Source: Epiperipatus broadwayi | Taxonomy: Eukaryota > Animalia > Onychophora | Assembly (NCBI GenBank): GCA_028023455.1 | Contig: JAQFVV010000002.1 | Location: 2,046,001-2,110,000 of the forward strand | Reading direction: 5' to 3' | DNA length: 64,000 bases | Shown here: one piece after another, positions 51,141 through 64,000 of the stretch | How positions within the stretch are numbered: position 1 is the first letter of the stretch | Layout of the letters: every line of letters begins with the position of its first letter | Translations under genes and position numbers: made by a program | Notes under the pieces: generated by a model | What the model was told of the DNA's origin: nothing | Database searches by the model: none | Seen by the model: the letters and a program-made list of their open reading frames with translations, nothing else

Positions 51141-51205
51141 CAGAAAGGAGTGTTGTTCTCATGGTCATCATTCAGCACTAGATTGTTGTAAGCAATGTTG
51201 TCATC
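51141..51205 (-). CDS. Candidate 65-nt exon (unknown product)
   Basis: Acceptor ttttcttctttgcag| and donor TG|GTGAGC bracket DDNIAYNNLVLNDDHENNTPF(W); the only open frame is phase 0. Confidence 0.28.
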
Positions 51206-52763
51206 CTGCAAAGAAGAAAAGCATAATCAAAGAAGATTGCTCTCAGTGTGTGTAGTTCCAGATATAAAGAAACTTAGATAAAATAAATATAATAGTGTAA
51301 ACCAAAAATAATATATGTTTATAAAAAAAGTGTTATTAAGAGATAAAATGGTTCAACTGATGCATTTTACTCTTGTAGGGAGACTGGTGTAATGTACCGT
51401 TAATGAACACACTACATGTAAACATTTTGTCTAAAATTATTAAAATAAAATTTTATTTAAACAATGTAAAGATTTTAAAATTTTACTTTAATGATTAATA
51501 AAATCACTGCAGAGTAAGTTGTCAATAAATAAATGATTTAAAAATATCTCCTTTAAAAGAAATAATTTATAGAAGTTTGAAGAGTTTTTTTTAAAAAACA
51601 AAACACAGTTTTCCAAAAGACAAAATGCTGTGTCATTCATAGTGTTGTATGAATTAAAGAATAATTAGAGGAGAGAGAAAATTTAACTTAGCAAAAATTA
51701 AACTTTCAAATGAGTTAAGAAAAGTGGTATTTGGAAAGTTAAAGAGTTGTGTTGAAAAAAAATGCAGTTAGCCCGAGGGTAATTTAACTTAGAAAAAAAT
51801 TAAAACTATTAAATAAAAAAAAAGGAAATCTTAAAAACTAAAAGTCTCTGTTGTCATTTATTTAAAAACGAGGGATGTGTGCATAAATAAAATGTGTGCA
51901 TGTTATGAAAAATGAAAGTTAAAATTAAATAAAAAAGTAAAGCTTATAATTAAATTTAAAACCTTCACTCAAAGATTGCATATACTGATAAGCTGCATAG
52001 GAATGAGATTAGCAATGGCTACTAATTAATTAAAATCTGTAAACAATAAGACTAATTAAAATGCATCTTATCCAAAATTTGATTAACCTAATCAATGGAC
52101 AGATTTTAAATAATGGAAATTTAATTAAAAATGTACTTAATTTAAATGTTAATCAATCTGATTTGGAAGGATAAAAACAATAGGAGAGCCACATATAAAT
52201 AGGCCTTAAAAAACTTGTCATCAGATTTTTTTCAGCAGCATTATTCCAGTCTGTGCAAATAAACTTATTTTTTGTGTGAACACCAAGAAAACATGCATTG
52301 CTAATCAGAAGTCAAAGTATGCCACTGTACTCCAGTCTCTGACCACCATAGAATATCTGAAGGTCTCTAATTATCTGCAATGAACAAACATATAACAACC
52401 TGAGCCATATGAACATTTGTCTGCCAGACTGAAATGCAGCAAGGAAATACATTCATCAGCAATCCAAATTCCAACTAGTTGATACAACATGCATCACAAA
52501 AAGATAGAAGCAACCATCTATCCATATCTGAAAACCTACAGATAATATTAATTACTCTTTATTCCCATTCCTATTATGTCAGTAATTTATTATTGTAGCC
52601 ATTGCAATCTTTGAGATATCCAGAGTCAATAGAAATGAACTCTATAACCAGCATAAAATGAACTATGTATATGTAGGTTAAATATAATAAACTAATAGTC
52701 CTAGAACTTGTTGAATCATACAAACCAACAGCTTATATGACAGAATATATGTGCATGATATAT

Positions 52764-52867
52764 AATGTTCTAACGCTTATGTTTATTTAATGTTTTATGT
52801 TTATTATAATGTGTGTGTGCATTATAATAAACATAAAACATTAAATAAACATAAGTGTTAGAACATT
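52764..52867. repeat. 48-bp-arm palindrome with (TG)4 loop
   Basis: aatgttctaacgcttatg...ttataatg / cattataa...cataagtgttagaacatt, with one mismatch at a CpG. Confidence 0.95.
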
Positions 52868-55800
52868 TAAAATAAATTATTTTTGAAAATTAGTATTTGT
52901 CAGTCAATTCTTTTACTAATACCACTAATTAAAGCAGTTTATATTATTTTTTCGATTGAGCTAATTGGGATAGTCAGGTGTTGAACTAATGGCTGTCATC
53001 CAGAGCATGATAGTTATTTCTTGTAATTAATTGGTGCCTGAAGATTACTTCAAAACAAATAAAGTGCTTTGAATGATGGGGTTTGAATTCAGCAGTGGGA
53101 GAAGTTCTGTAGCTTGGAAATGTGGCTGTAGATTATACCCCATATAATCTCAATCTAGCTATAAGTACCCTCTGGGTATTATGCTTCTCTGTCAGGGGGG
53201 AGCTGGTGTGATGCAAATACTAAATTGCAGCAGGAGTTGATCGAATTTATAATAAATAATTTTGTCATATATTTATATATAAAAAGAAGTCAACAATGTT
53301 TTTCACAATTCTATTTTACACAATTCTATTTTATTAAGGAGTAAAACTTTTTATTCTATATTTTTTTTTATTCGATCCAACTCCCACCTAGTTCAATATG
53401 TAATCTTATAAATGAATATTTATAAATACAGTAATCAGATATATGTAAAGTATAACTTTAAAAATTTTATCCACCTAGGAGCACTTTCAACTATCTTTGT
53501 AGTTGTTGTCAACTAACACTTTGAAAGGCTAACCTTCCCACAATTCCATGATCTTAATATTTTCTATCTTCCTGTTGATTATATATATATATATATATTG
53601 TAACAGAATGGGTTGGAAGGAAGAGAAGTGAATCTGGGTTGACGGAATATCATCACTATTCCCAAGTCAACAATATTTAAGATAAAATGATTTAATATAA
53701 AATTTACAAAAAGTATAATATTTAAGGGGAACATGAGATCAAGAGAATCTCCAAGAGATCATTGAGAGATCAGAAGAGCAACTAAAAACATAATTATCCA
53801 CCATATATCAACCAACCTTATCAAAAAGTAAATATCAGTAATACTAAAAAAAAAACATTCATCATGAATGATCAACAATTAAAAGAAATCAGTACAATAA
53901 ATCAACAATCAATTTTGAGACTGGATTGGAAATGGGTCTTCTGTAGACCAGGCTAACGATTGGGTCTTTGCCAGCTTGGGAAATTATTTAAACATAACTT
54001 GGATGTACCATCTTAAGTCCTAATCCATTAGAATACATAATGAGAAAATCTAAACAATAATGTTGGGATATAAACATGCTGATCATCATCAATGCTCTGG
54101 TCAATTGTTCTAGCCAACTATAAACTTAACTTCCTAAACTGAAATTAAAGATAGTGAATGGGCTTTAAAGAGTATTCTCTTTTGTGCCAACTAGAATGAT
54201 GATTGATCATCTCTGGATGCCCCAAAGCACTAAATACACATTCCTATTCATATATTCATCCCATGCTCAAATCTAGCTCAGAAAATATAAGCTCTATTAC
54301 TGTATGTGACCAAGAGATGATGGAAACAATTTTTGACAATTGAATACAAGTTTATTAATAATAAAAAAAAATAAAAAATTGAAATTAAGGTCTATAAAAA
54401 GAAGATTATACACATTTTAATTACTATACAAAATTTCAAATGATCACATTGTGATTTACATAATTACTATTCAAAATTCAAATTGTTACATAGATTTACA
54501 TATATGTGCACACAGACACACAATTTCTAATATACAATTAATATATTTCAATTGATATTTAATAATGACAAAAAATGATTAAATTTTACATGTGTTATAC
54601 TTGACAATCACATACATGCGCGTGTGTGAAATTTCTGGACATATTTAACTTGTTCTACAATAATACATGATTAAGCTTTTAAATTATAATTTAAATAATA
54701 CAATACTTATGCTAGATTTATTAAAACTTGTATATAGAATTGCACAGATTATTAACAAATTTAATTTTGTCAAACAATAAATAACAATACTTTTATAATT
54801 AATAATTCCATTTTGAATATACATAAAATTTACATATATATATGTATGTATTTATATTTTTTTAAAAATCAGTTTATCAAATTCTATTCAGCTTTTATTT
54901 TATTCTTTTAAAAAAAGTATAGTCAATTTTTGAGAGGTTAGAAAACGTTTTATGAGGTTACCCCTTAACTCATTATAAATGTCTTTAAATTTAAATATAT
55001 AAATTTAAAATGTCTTCCCAAATGAATTATTTAAAAAAACTCACTTTTGTATACACATTTATCAGTGCTTCTTTGCATATAGACACAGCAGCATACATAT
55101 AACTACTTCTTTATTCAGCTGGTGTTTCTCTTGGGCAAGCTGATTTTTGGTCAATCCAGGCAATTGTCATCATCAGGTAAAAGTATATAATTCAGGTATG
55201 GTTGGCTTTCTCCCTTCTGCAGTTGGTTCTACTTAGACTTGGATTTGGTAAGCTTCAGGTCAGCAAGCTGTTTTCCAGAACACTTTTAAGCTATGAATTT
55301 CAACACATAGAAGTGGATCATTTACCTCCATGTGAATTCAAACTCCACTACTGAACTGAAGTGCAGCTACTTCCTTGCATTCTTACATCCTCATGGCAGT
55401 TCTCTGTATAGTTTTACTAGTCATCTCTGCAGCTAGCTTTACTGTTGCCATTCTCTGTTACAGTTATCAACTTTTCACAAAATATTTTAGACAACTTTAC
55501 AGCCAGCTTTTCTGCTAACCACTTCTCATAAAATTAAAGACAAACTTTGCAGTTGGCCTAGGTGGCCACTGCTTAAAATATTAAAACCAGACACTTTTGG
55601 ATAACTCTTACAAAACTGCAAGCAAATCTAGCTGATATTTTTTATCAGTCTTTTTATAATCTTGGTTGGTCAGGTGATAAAAACATAGTGACTGTTTTCA
55701 ATTAACTTTAATCCTTTGGAATTTGACCAAAGGTGTGATCTATATACATGTTTTTACTTTAATACCAATTAATTAAAAGATTTCAAAAATAGACATTTTT

Positions 55801-56355
55801 ATAATTATCAGAAAACATGATTATTTTAAAAATTTCAAAATCAGAATAAAAATATTAATTTTTATTTATCAGACCATTTTTTTAAAAATATTTAATTTTA
55901 TAATAAAATATTATTTTAAATCCAGAGTTATTTAACTCTTTATTATTCCAGGATAGTGTAGAAAAATATCTACAAATAGATGGCATGTTTATTTTTATCT
56001 TTCCTTTCTTTCCTTTCTACCTTATATATATATGTACACACACACTATATTATTGTGTGCTATGTAACCCAACTGGTTACAATATATATTGTGAGGGTAT
56101 ATTAAAATCATATCAACACCAATTTTTAACAACCTGAGATGTTGTACTATACTTGGTCAAGATTTATATACAGTAAAGTTAATACATTTTGCTCACATGC
56201 TACTGTGGAAATTTAAGGAAATATAGTGTGAATAGCTAAATAGTCATAGTGTACTAATGCTGTGTTACATAACCAAATAATGTCATGTTACCAAACTGTA
56301 CATAATTATATAATTAAAATGAATAAAATTCCAATTTTTAAATAAGACTAAGTAA

Positions 56356-56505
56356 ACACTGAATGGATTAATACAAATATATATGTATAATAACAATAAT
56401 TTTTTGTTAGATGTTTTGTATATCACTAACACACTGAATGGATTAATACAAATATATATGTATAATAACAATAATTTTTTGTTAGATGTTTTGTATATCA
56501 CTAAC
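56356..56505. repeat. 75-bp perfect tandem duplication
   Basis: acactgaatgg...tatcactaac at 56356-56430 and 56431-56505; 25-aa repeat in ORF 56283-56507. Confidence 0.95.
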
Positions 56506-57418
56506 AAACATAAAACAATGACCTAAGCTAATCATGGTAATGATCAAAGGTCAAGTATTGTACCAAGCAACTTAAAATAAAAATGAGATGATGATGCATA
56601 ATTTTATTTCTTGAATCGATATTCGCGATATATATAGATGGACAACAATAGGCATACACTGCAAATAAAAAGAAATGAAAAATTACATATGCTAGGAAAT
56701 GGAAATGACATTAACTATAAAAGAAAAATGGCAAATGTTGTTGCCATTTTTTTAATCTTAAAAATCATATGTTTGCTATGGGAAATCAACTTCATTTAAA
56801 GGAAGAGTTTTTGAACACCAAATGGACACCTCTGTTCGAAAAGTTTTAGCCTCAGAAAAATAAGTTGAGATTTAAGGATACAAATAAGAGATGTTGTATA
56901 CAAATAAAGGAAGCAAATAAACTCAAATAGCTATATACATTTTTTTTTAAAAAAGTCATTTCAAACTTCAAAAAAAAGGAGAACAAAATAGAACATTTGA
57001 CTGAATGAAAACCAGAGAAAACCAGAGAATAAATATATGTATAACCAGCACAACAGATGTTAAGGCAAGTGAATTGTATGACAGTTAAAAGTATTTCTTT
57101 ATTGTAAACTATAATTGAACTTAAAACTTATATATATAGAACTAGAACAATGTGGTCTGGCTAAAGTGATTGTTTGTTATTTGTTGAGGGCATCAACCCC
57201 ATGACCATGGAAGTTTAATAGCCATATCTATACATTTAAACCACCTCATAAATCTTCATGCAGCATAGACTGTCTAAATGAGGGGTGAAAGAAACCAGGG
57301 ACCATTGATGCAGAATTGATCAGAGAGCACCATTTGGAAGTGGCAGTGAGCAATCGACATGTGCAGTAAGGAAAGCATTTAAATTTCATGAACTGTAATA
57401 TAAGAAGGACTTTAGTGA

Positions 57419-58568
57419 TTTAATAAGTCTGATTAATTGATTCTTGAAATACATTTTTTTTGTTATACATTATGAATATTTATATATGTATTATTATTTT
57501 TTCCATCATTGTTTCATTCTTACTTTTACGTGAATGTGAAACTTTATGATTCAACATTCTGGGAGAGCCAATTTAGCAAAGCACAAGAAGAGCAGGGAGA
57601 GAAGGTTGAGTTCAGTTACAATTCTTTTTCTTTAATAAAATTTAGGTCTGAACTTTCTTCTCAAGTGCTTGACTTTTGTTCATGACTATACATTTGAATT
57701 TTAAAGTTAAAATTTTTTCTTTAAAATACTTACACCACCCATTCAATGAAACAGAATAATGTTATTTATTTATTGAATTAATAATATTATTTAAGTATTT
57801 TCAGCACAAATGATTAACTTTATGAGATCTACTTTGCTGTCATATTGAGTATTGTTTCCTTGTTCCTATATGACAAACAAGAAGGGGATCTTCAGACAAG
57901 TCAATTTTTATAACTGAAACCACATACTGAATCTATGTTTAGGGTGAATATTAAATTAATTTAGCTTGTTAGCTATGGATATAATAAACTAAATATTTTC
58001 ATTCCACTCTTATTGTATCTGGAAATGTCTGTGACATGAGTACCTATCATGAGGATTATAGGACTGGTAAGATCGCTAATATGTTAGATGCTCATTACTG
58101 ACATTTAAACTGGAGATATAAATGCAATCTTTTGACCCTCAATTGTAAATATTGTTAGTTTTTTTTTTTGCTACTTACTTAAATTGTGCAATGTTTTCAT
58201 ATATTTTGTTCTAAGAATAAATGTTATAAAATTTGTTAAAGTGATAAAGTCTCCTTAGTTTATTGAACCAGCCTTTGCATTCAACCTTGAAATCAATATC
58301 TTGCATCTACATACGCTCACATATATCTCTGAGTTATAATTAGAGTAGAAAAGTCATAAAGGAAGGTTATGCATTAATAGCCACTTGGTTAAGGGAATCT
58401 GATCATAAGTCTGCAAGGATACATCCCTGTCAAGAGAGTTGAATGTGAATTAGTTGATCTATTGAATGTGGATATAATCATAGGCCATGTATTTCATTGT
58501 GCTGTCTCTTGAATCCTAATGAAGACCCTGGGTCCAACTGTAGTCAGATGTGATCCTATCTCATAACA
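57419..58568 (+). repeat. 5' LTR of Gypsy 2 (shared portion)
   Basis: Direct repeat of 62560-63801, roughly 80% identity by eye; ends ATAACA; true start not defined. Confidence 0.8.
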
Positions 58569-58592
58569 TCATCCTGATGGACGATATACATC

Positions 58593-58610
58593 TGGTGCCC
58601 AATATGAGGC
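58593..58610 (+). promoter_or_regulatory. Primer-binding site, tRNA-Lys(CUU)-type (decayed)
   Basis: TGGTGCCCAATATGAGGC versus TGGCGCCCAACGTGGGGC: 4 transitions, 3 of them at CpG. Confidence 0.75.
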
Positions 58611-59229
58611 CTGGATATATTAGTTGCAAGGGAGGTTCAGCCAATGAACTGAAATTTTTTTCAACAATCTAGTCAAGTGTACCCCTTGTATGACACACCC
58701 AATTAACTTAAAATCACGCTCATACTTATGCTCTGTATAAATGATTAGCACATCTAACTATCAGGTGGGAACATGAGACATCTAAATAAAACACTAGATA
58801 TATGCATTAGGCAAAAATAAAATAAAAAACACATGCAAGGCTATGAATGCAAAGCCAATAAATGGAGACAAAATGGATAACTAAATAATTAGTAAATCAG
58901 GCATAAAATAGATAAGTCAGGTGGAATAAAGAGTATTAGTCTAAATGTAGAAAAGAATAACATCAGATATAAATCCAATATGAAAGTTATGACTAAACAT
59001 GAAGTCATCAAGAAGATGTAAAAACCTACGACAATATCCACTGTACTACTTTAAAAGAGATAACTAAATATTTATTTGAATTGCTTGATTAATGATACTT
59101 AGAACTGGAAAAAAATAGCTAATATGAAGTTAGAGTATTTGGAGTTGTTAGCAATGCTCAGATGGGAGAGATTAGATTAGTGTTAGTCATGAGAGAGGAC
59201 CTTTACCAGGTCAGATACCTGTAGGATAT

Positions 59230-60960
59230 GGCACCAAAGAGGATCACTTCCCACAGGTGCACAGTGATGATCAGGTGACTCCCATTGATGGCACAGCTTC
59301 ACTGAGTGTGATTCAAGGAGCAGCAGTTACTAAAGATTCAAGGGCTATGATGCATATGCTACAACTGATAATGGCTAACATGAACAGTATGAAAGCTGAG
59401 ATGGCAATAAAAAGGGGCATGGATAACATAAAAGCTAATATGGACAGTATGAAAGTGACTGTGAATCACAAAATCAGACAGTATGGTTTGTCTAAGAGAA
59501 GATTTTAAGGGAGACATGGTCAAAATGGAAGCATGTACGAAAATGAAGGTCGACAATGTAGAAACTAGGTTGTCTGCAGAGGCGGAATGACTTGCTTTGG
59601 ATATAAAAGAGATCCAAAAGGACAATGTTGAATTGAAATGAGATATAGTAGAGGTCCAGGGGAAATGGAGGCAAAGGATACAAGGTGTAGGATAATGTTT
59701 GAGGAGTTCCAAGATAGCATCACAAGCCAGCTCAATAATAAATACCTAGAAGTGTGTCAAAATTACAAATCATTCGAAGGGGAGGTACAGAAGAACCAAA
59801 AAAGCATCAAGCTGAAGTCCAAGAGATATTACAAGTTCTGCATTCCAAGTTAGAGCAGACCTTGAATAGGCAGGAGGCAGAAATAAGGACACATGGTGAA
59901 GCCATAAAGGCTTTAAGTCAAAATATGGGATACTTAGAAAATAAAATGTCTACAACCGAGTCTGAAGTCATTAATACTATGCTTGAGAGAGATCATGGAC
60001 AACCTAGGTAAGACTTGAGAGTTGGTAGAGCAACTGGATAAAAGCATTATGCAATGATTTATGTCCATCAAAGCTTGAGTGCATCAAGACACTCAACTCA
60101 AGGTCAAGAGAAATGAGATGTAGGGGAGGGGAAGGATGTGATGACCCATCAGAAAAAGATTGCCATAAGAGATGCCCTACAGGATGAGTGAGCCTTCTTT
60201 GAACCCATCTCACCCAACCAAACAACCAACAGGGGGGAGAATTATCCCTTTCATTTCAACTACATAAATAGTGATCCTGAGATCTGCCAAACTAGTCAGG
60301 ATGACCCTGTGAAAATTCTGCAGATGAACCCAATGGAATTAATTAGGACACCTGGTCATCTAGCCTACATTAATGCAGTCAATCAATTTGGAGGTTTTTA
60401 AGGGATTAGCCAGTGAAGCCCCTATAGAACACTTGAGAAGCGTGAACTTGTATTTTACGGTTAATCAGAACTCTACAGAAGGGGAGAAAATTATTATCAC
60501 ACACAGTCATCTACAAGGAACACCCTAATGTGGTGGGTTTCCTTATTCCAGACTCCATCTACCTATAGTGAGTACCAGACTTTAATAATGAGCTTCTGAA
60601 ACAGGGACAAACAGGAAGCATTGTTATATTAACTATTCCAGGAAAAATATAGGTGAGCACCTGGAGAAATGTTAACTAAGTTCTTCCATGGCCAAGTGTT
60701 TAAGTTGAGGACTCTCCAACACCTATTGTTTAAGTGAGAGTGAGATCATCCAGATTATTAGAAAGAACTTACCACTAAAAGTAGAACAGTCCTGTCTATG
60801 CATGAACACTAAGAACATAGAACAAATAGGTGAACTATTAAATAACAAATGTAAACACTTGCAACATATCTAATAGAGCCCTTGAGAAGAGAAAAGAGGA
60901 GCTCACTATGGATGCAATATACTATAAAAAGAGGAAAAATAGTAACAAAACCCAACCACT
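59230..60960 (+). pseudogene. Gypsy 2 gag (disrupted; coiled-coil N-terminus)
   Basis: ORF pieces 59257-60011 with MANMNSMKAEM...IKANMDSMK helical repeats, then capsid-like LMWW region ~60.53 kb. Confidence 0.65.
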
Positions 60961-61244
60961 AGAAAGAGAAGTCACTATAGCCAATTCCCCTGTACTTTTG
61001 GTCACCTTACCAAAATCAGACAAGAGACATCAAAACCACAGTGATCTCCATTAATAGCCCAAAAATTCTAATAAACCAGGGTGCAGAAACTACTCACCCA
61101 AGTGTCAAAAGAAACCAAACTAAAAAGGTATTTGAGGCTATGTGCCTCACCTCAAGAGACTGAAAAAAAAATCTTGAAAAAAACCAAATAAGTGAAGAAA
61201 TCAATAATCTAATGTGCTCATGGTAGGATAAGACACCCAATTAT

Positions 61245-62530
61245 GTGGTGCAAAGCTGCTCAATGATAGAGATGTTGTTTGAGGATCTACCAGTTAAGGG
61301 ATTATTAGATTCTGGTAGCCAGATATCAGTGGTGTTAGATGCATTCTATCATAATGTTCTGACAAATAACCTGAACATCAAGACCATAGCACTGAAATCA
61401 ATTCATATTACCATGGCTAATAATAATGCCAAACTGTTACAAAAACAAATTTGGGTCCATATCAAGATCAGCCAAACAACTCTCTATCATGTTTTTCTAA
61501 TATTTGAATGGCTTAATACATGAGGTCATTCTAGGGGCAGATTTTCTCCATATGAACCATTGCATTGATTTCCTAGACAAAGTAGTCAAGATTAATTATG
61601 AGAGCTCAGAAATGACATTATGTCTGAGATATAACTACCTGTGGAATCCAATTTACTTGGAAGCGATGATGCAGTAAAGTTACAATCCATTAATAATGGA
61701 TTTGGCCCCATTTTCTCAAAAATACCATGGAAAATCAAGGATTTCCAGCAGAGGATTAAACTAATTCATGATCAACCATTTCAGTCCAAATTGTACCCTA
61801 TACTGTACCAGTATTGAGAAAAGATTAACAAAATGCTAGACTGGGGGATTATTTCCAAATGTTCTTCACCTTACTGTAATCCAGTAATAACTGTAGTGAA
61901 GAAAGATGGGTCAATGGGATTTTTGTTTAGATGCCAGGCAACTGAACAAGATTACCATTTCTGACAGGAACTTCCCATCACCCATCCATTATTTATTAAT
62001 AAAGTTTGGAAATAAGAATTTTCTACTTCTGATCTAACCTCCAGCTATTGGCAGATCAAGCTCCATCTAGATGATCACCGATACACTGTATTCTGATGTG
62101 AGGGTTTTACCTACATTTTAATAGGATGCTCTTTGGGTTGATGAATAGTGGTGCTGGTCTGATAAGATTCCTGGGCAGAATCCTATCTCCAGAGGTCAAA
62201 CAGATCACAACCATTTACATGATCATGTGATTATAGCATCTGTCACCATTGAACAAAAACTTCAATATCTGATTTTATGTTTTAAAGAGTGTTATGAAAA
62301 GGGAATTACCATTAATTTTAAGAAGAGCACACTGGTATGTAGTGAGGTGGTCTTTCTAGGTCATATCATTGGGTGAAATGGGATAAGATATCCTGATAAG
62401 ATCAGTGCCATACAGGTCTTTCCAAAACCCATGAATAGAAAACAAATCAGGTTATTTTTAGGACTGCAACTTCTATAATTGTTTCTACCAGAAATTCTCA
62501 GACTGTATGGAAGCTTTATTAGCCTTAATT
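61245..62530 (+). pseudogene. Gypsy 2 pol fragment (protease and RT)
   Basis: GLLDSGSQISVV; KMLDWGIISKCSSPYCNPVITVVKKDGS; DLTSSYWQIKLH; PFGL-like; LGHIIG; R.FLG. No integrase motifs. Confidence 0.88.
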
Positions 62531-62559
62531 ACTTTCGGGGCATTAGATACATGCTTCAG

Positions 62560-63801
62560 TTTAATAAGTCTGATTTATCAATTTCTGAAATATTTCTTTT
62601 TTTGATGTGTTATGAAATATTTTTTTAATATATATGTGCATGAATTATTAATTTTTCCATCACTGTTTCATTCTTACTTTTATGTGATGTGAAACTTTCT
62701 GATTCAACATTCTGGGAGAGTCCAATTTAGCAAAGTACAAGAAGAGCAGGGAGGGAAGATCGACTTTGGTCAGAATTATTTTTCTTTAATAAAATTTTGG
62801 TCTGATCATTCTTCTCAAGCACTTGACTTTTGTTCATGACTATGCATTTAAATTTTAAAGGTAAGAGTTTATTCTTTAAAATACTAATGCCATATACTCA
62901 ACGAAACAGAATTATGTTGTTTGCTATGTGTTGAACTAATAATATTATTCAACTATTTTCAGTATAAATGATTAACTTTCTGAGCAGATCTATTTTCTGT
63001 CATATTGAGTATTGTTTCTTGTTCCTATATGACAAATGAGAGAGGGATCTTTGGACAAGTCAATCTTTATAACTGAAACCATGTACTGAATCTATGTATA
63101 GAGTGAATATTAAATTAGTTTAGCTAGTTAGCTATGGATATAATAAAAGTAAATATTTTTATTCTACTCTTATTGTATATATTGTACATAGAAATGTCTG
63201 TGGTATGAGTACCTATCATGGAGACTATGGGACTAGTAACTTCTATTTATTAGATCGCTAATAGGGTAGACGCTCATTACTGATATTTAAACTGGAGATA
63301 TACATACAATCTTTTTACCTTCAATTGTAAATATTGTTATTTTTTTGCTACTTATTTAAATTATGTGCAATGTTTTCATATATTTTGTTCTATGAATAAA
63401 TATTTTTTGTTGAAGTGTTAAAGTCTCCTTAGTTTATTGAACCAGCCTTTCCATTCATCCTTGAAATCAATACCTTGCACCTACACACACTCACATATAT
63501 CTCTACTTTATAACTAGAGTAGACTAGTCATAAATGAAGGTTATGCATTAATAGTCACTTGATAAGTCCACAAGTGTATGTCTCTGTCAAGAAAGTCAAA
63601 CACAAATTCTTCCTGAGTTCAAATACTGAGGCAACAGATCTGGAAGACAGTGGTGAGAAATAGATGAACTAATCCAAATTGAGTCTTAAGCTGGTCTATT
63701 GAATGTGGATGTAATCAGAGGCCATGTATTTTCTCACACCATCTCCAGCAACCTACTGAAGACCCTGGGTTCAACCATAGTCAGATACAATATATATAAC
63801 A
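62560..63801 (+). repeat. 3' LTR of Gypsy 2 (5'-truncated)
   Basis: Direct repeat of 57419-58568 with a ~100-bp insertion near 63.6 kb; ends ATAACA. Confidence 0.8.
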
Positions 63802-64000
63802 TTTTCAATACAAGTATACTTTATATACCTGGAGTCTAGATGTAATGCAGGGGATTTGAACAAAGACTTTCAAGCTCCCTTTAGCCAACTACTCTATTTA
63901 AATGGGAAAAGTCCTAAACATGAAGGGCCAGAGCAACTTGAATTTACATGGGTATGACAATAATATTGGCATTATCAAGGGTTTTGGGCATTCTCATCAT

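Larger units (their letters stand above)
57419..63801 (+). mobile_element. Ty3/Gypsy LTR retrotransposon 2 (old, integrase region deleted)
   Basis: ~1.15-1.25 kb direct repeats flank PBS, gag, protease and RT; sequence jumps from the post-RT region straight into the second repeat at ~62560. Confidence 0.85.

Noticed and set aside
51058-51255. Cys-rich ORF (CC..CC..CC) as metallothionein or toxin-like peptide
   Set aside because: No signal peptide or recognisable spacing; Cys codons are the antisense of the Asn/Asp-rich minus frame.
56063-56081. TGTAACC-CAACT-GGTTACA as fused LTR termini
   Set aside because: 7-bp arms can arise by chance in 64 kb and there is no matching TSD.
5411-56505. CRISPR-like arrays
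   Set aside because: All short repeats are adjacent duplications without unique spacers; eukaryotic context and no cas genes.

Overview
Very AT-rich eukaryotic genomic DNA, probably an invertebrate; the taxon cannot be fixed from this window. It is essentially a graveyard of decayed mobile elements. I recognise two Ty3/Gypsy LTR retrotransposons (6.2-14.7 kb and 57.4-63.8 kb), several LINE remnants (RTE-, L1/Tx1-, I/Jockey-like), Penelope-like (GIY-YIG) fragments, hAT and mariner transposase remnants, MITEs, a Helitron-type 3' end and tRNA-like SINE heads. No intact protein-coding gene, rRNA, functional tRNA or CRISPR array is supported; three isolated exon-like segments are low-confidence. 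The most interesting signals are: (1) non-coding repeats carrying minimal type I hammerhead ribozyme folds, repeatedly arranged as head-to-head palindromes (16.6-18.0, 28.2-29.2, 33.3-33.5 kb); (2) a strong CpG-deamination signature in transposons, implying germline methylation of repeats, alongside CpG-retaining unique domains; (3) a 22-24 nt gap between apparent LTR end and tRNA-Lys primer-binding site in both Gypsy elements. All alignments, folds and counts were done by eye; boundaries of old elements are approximate.
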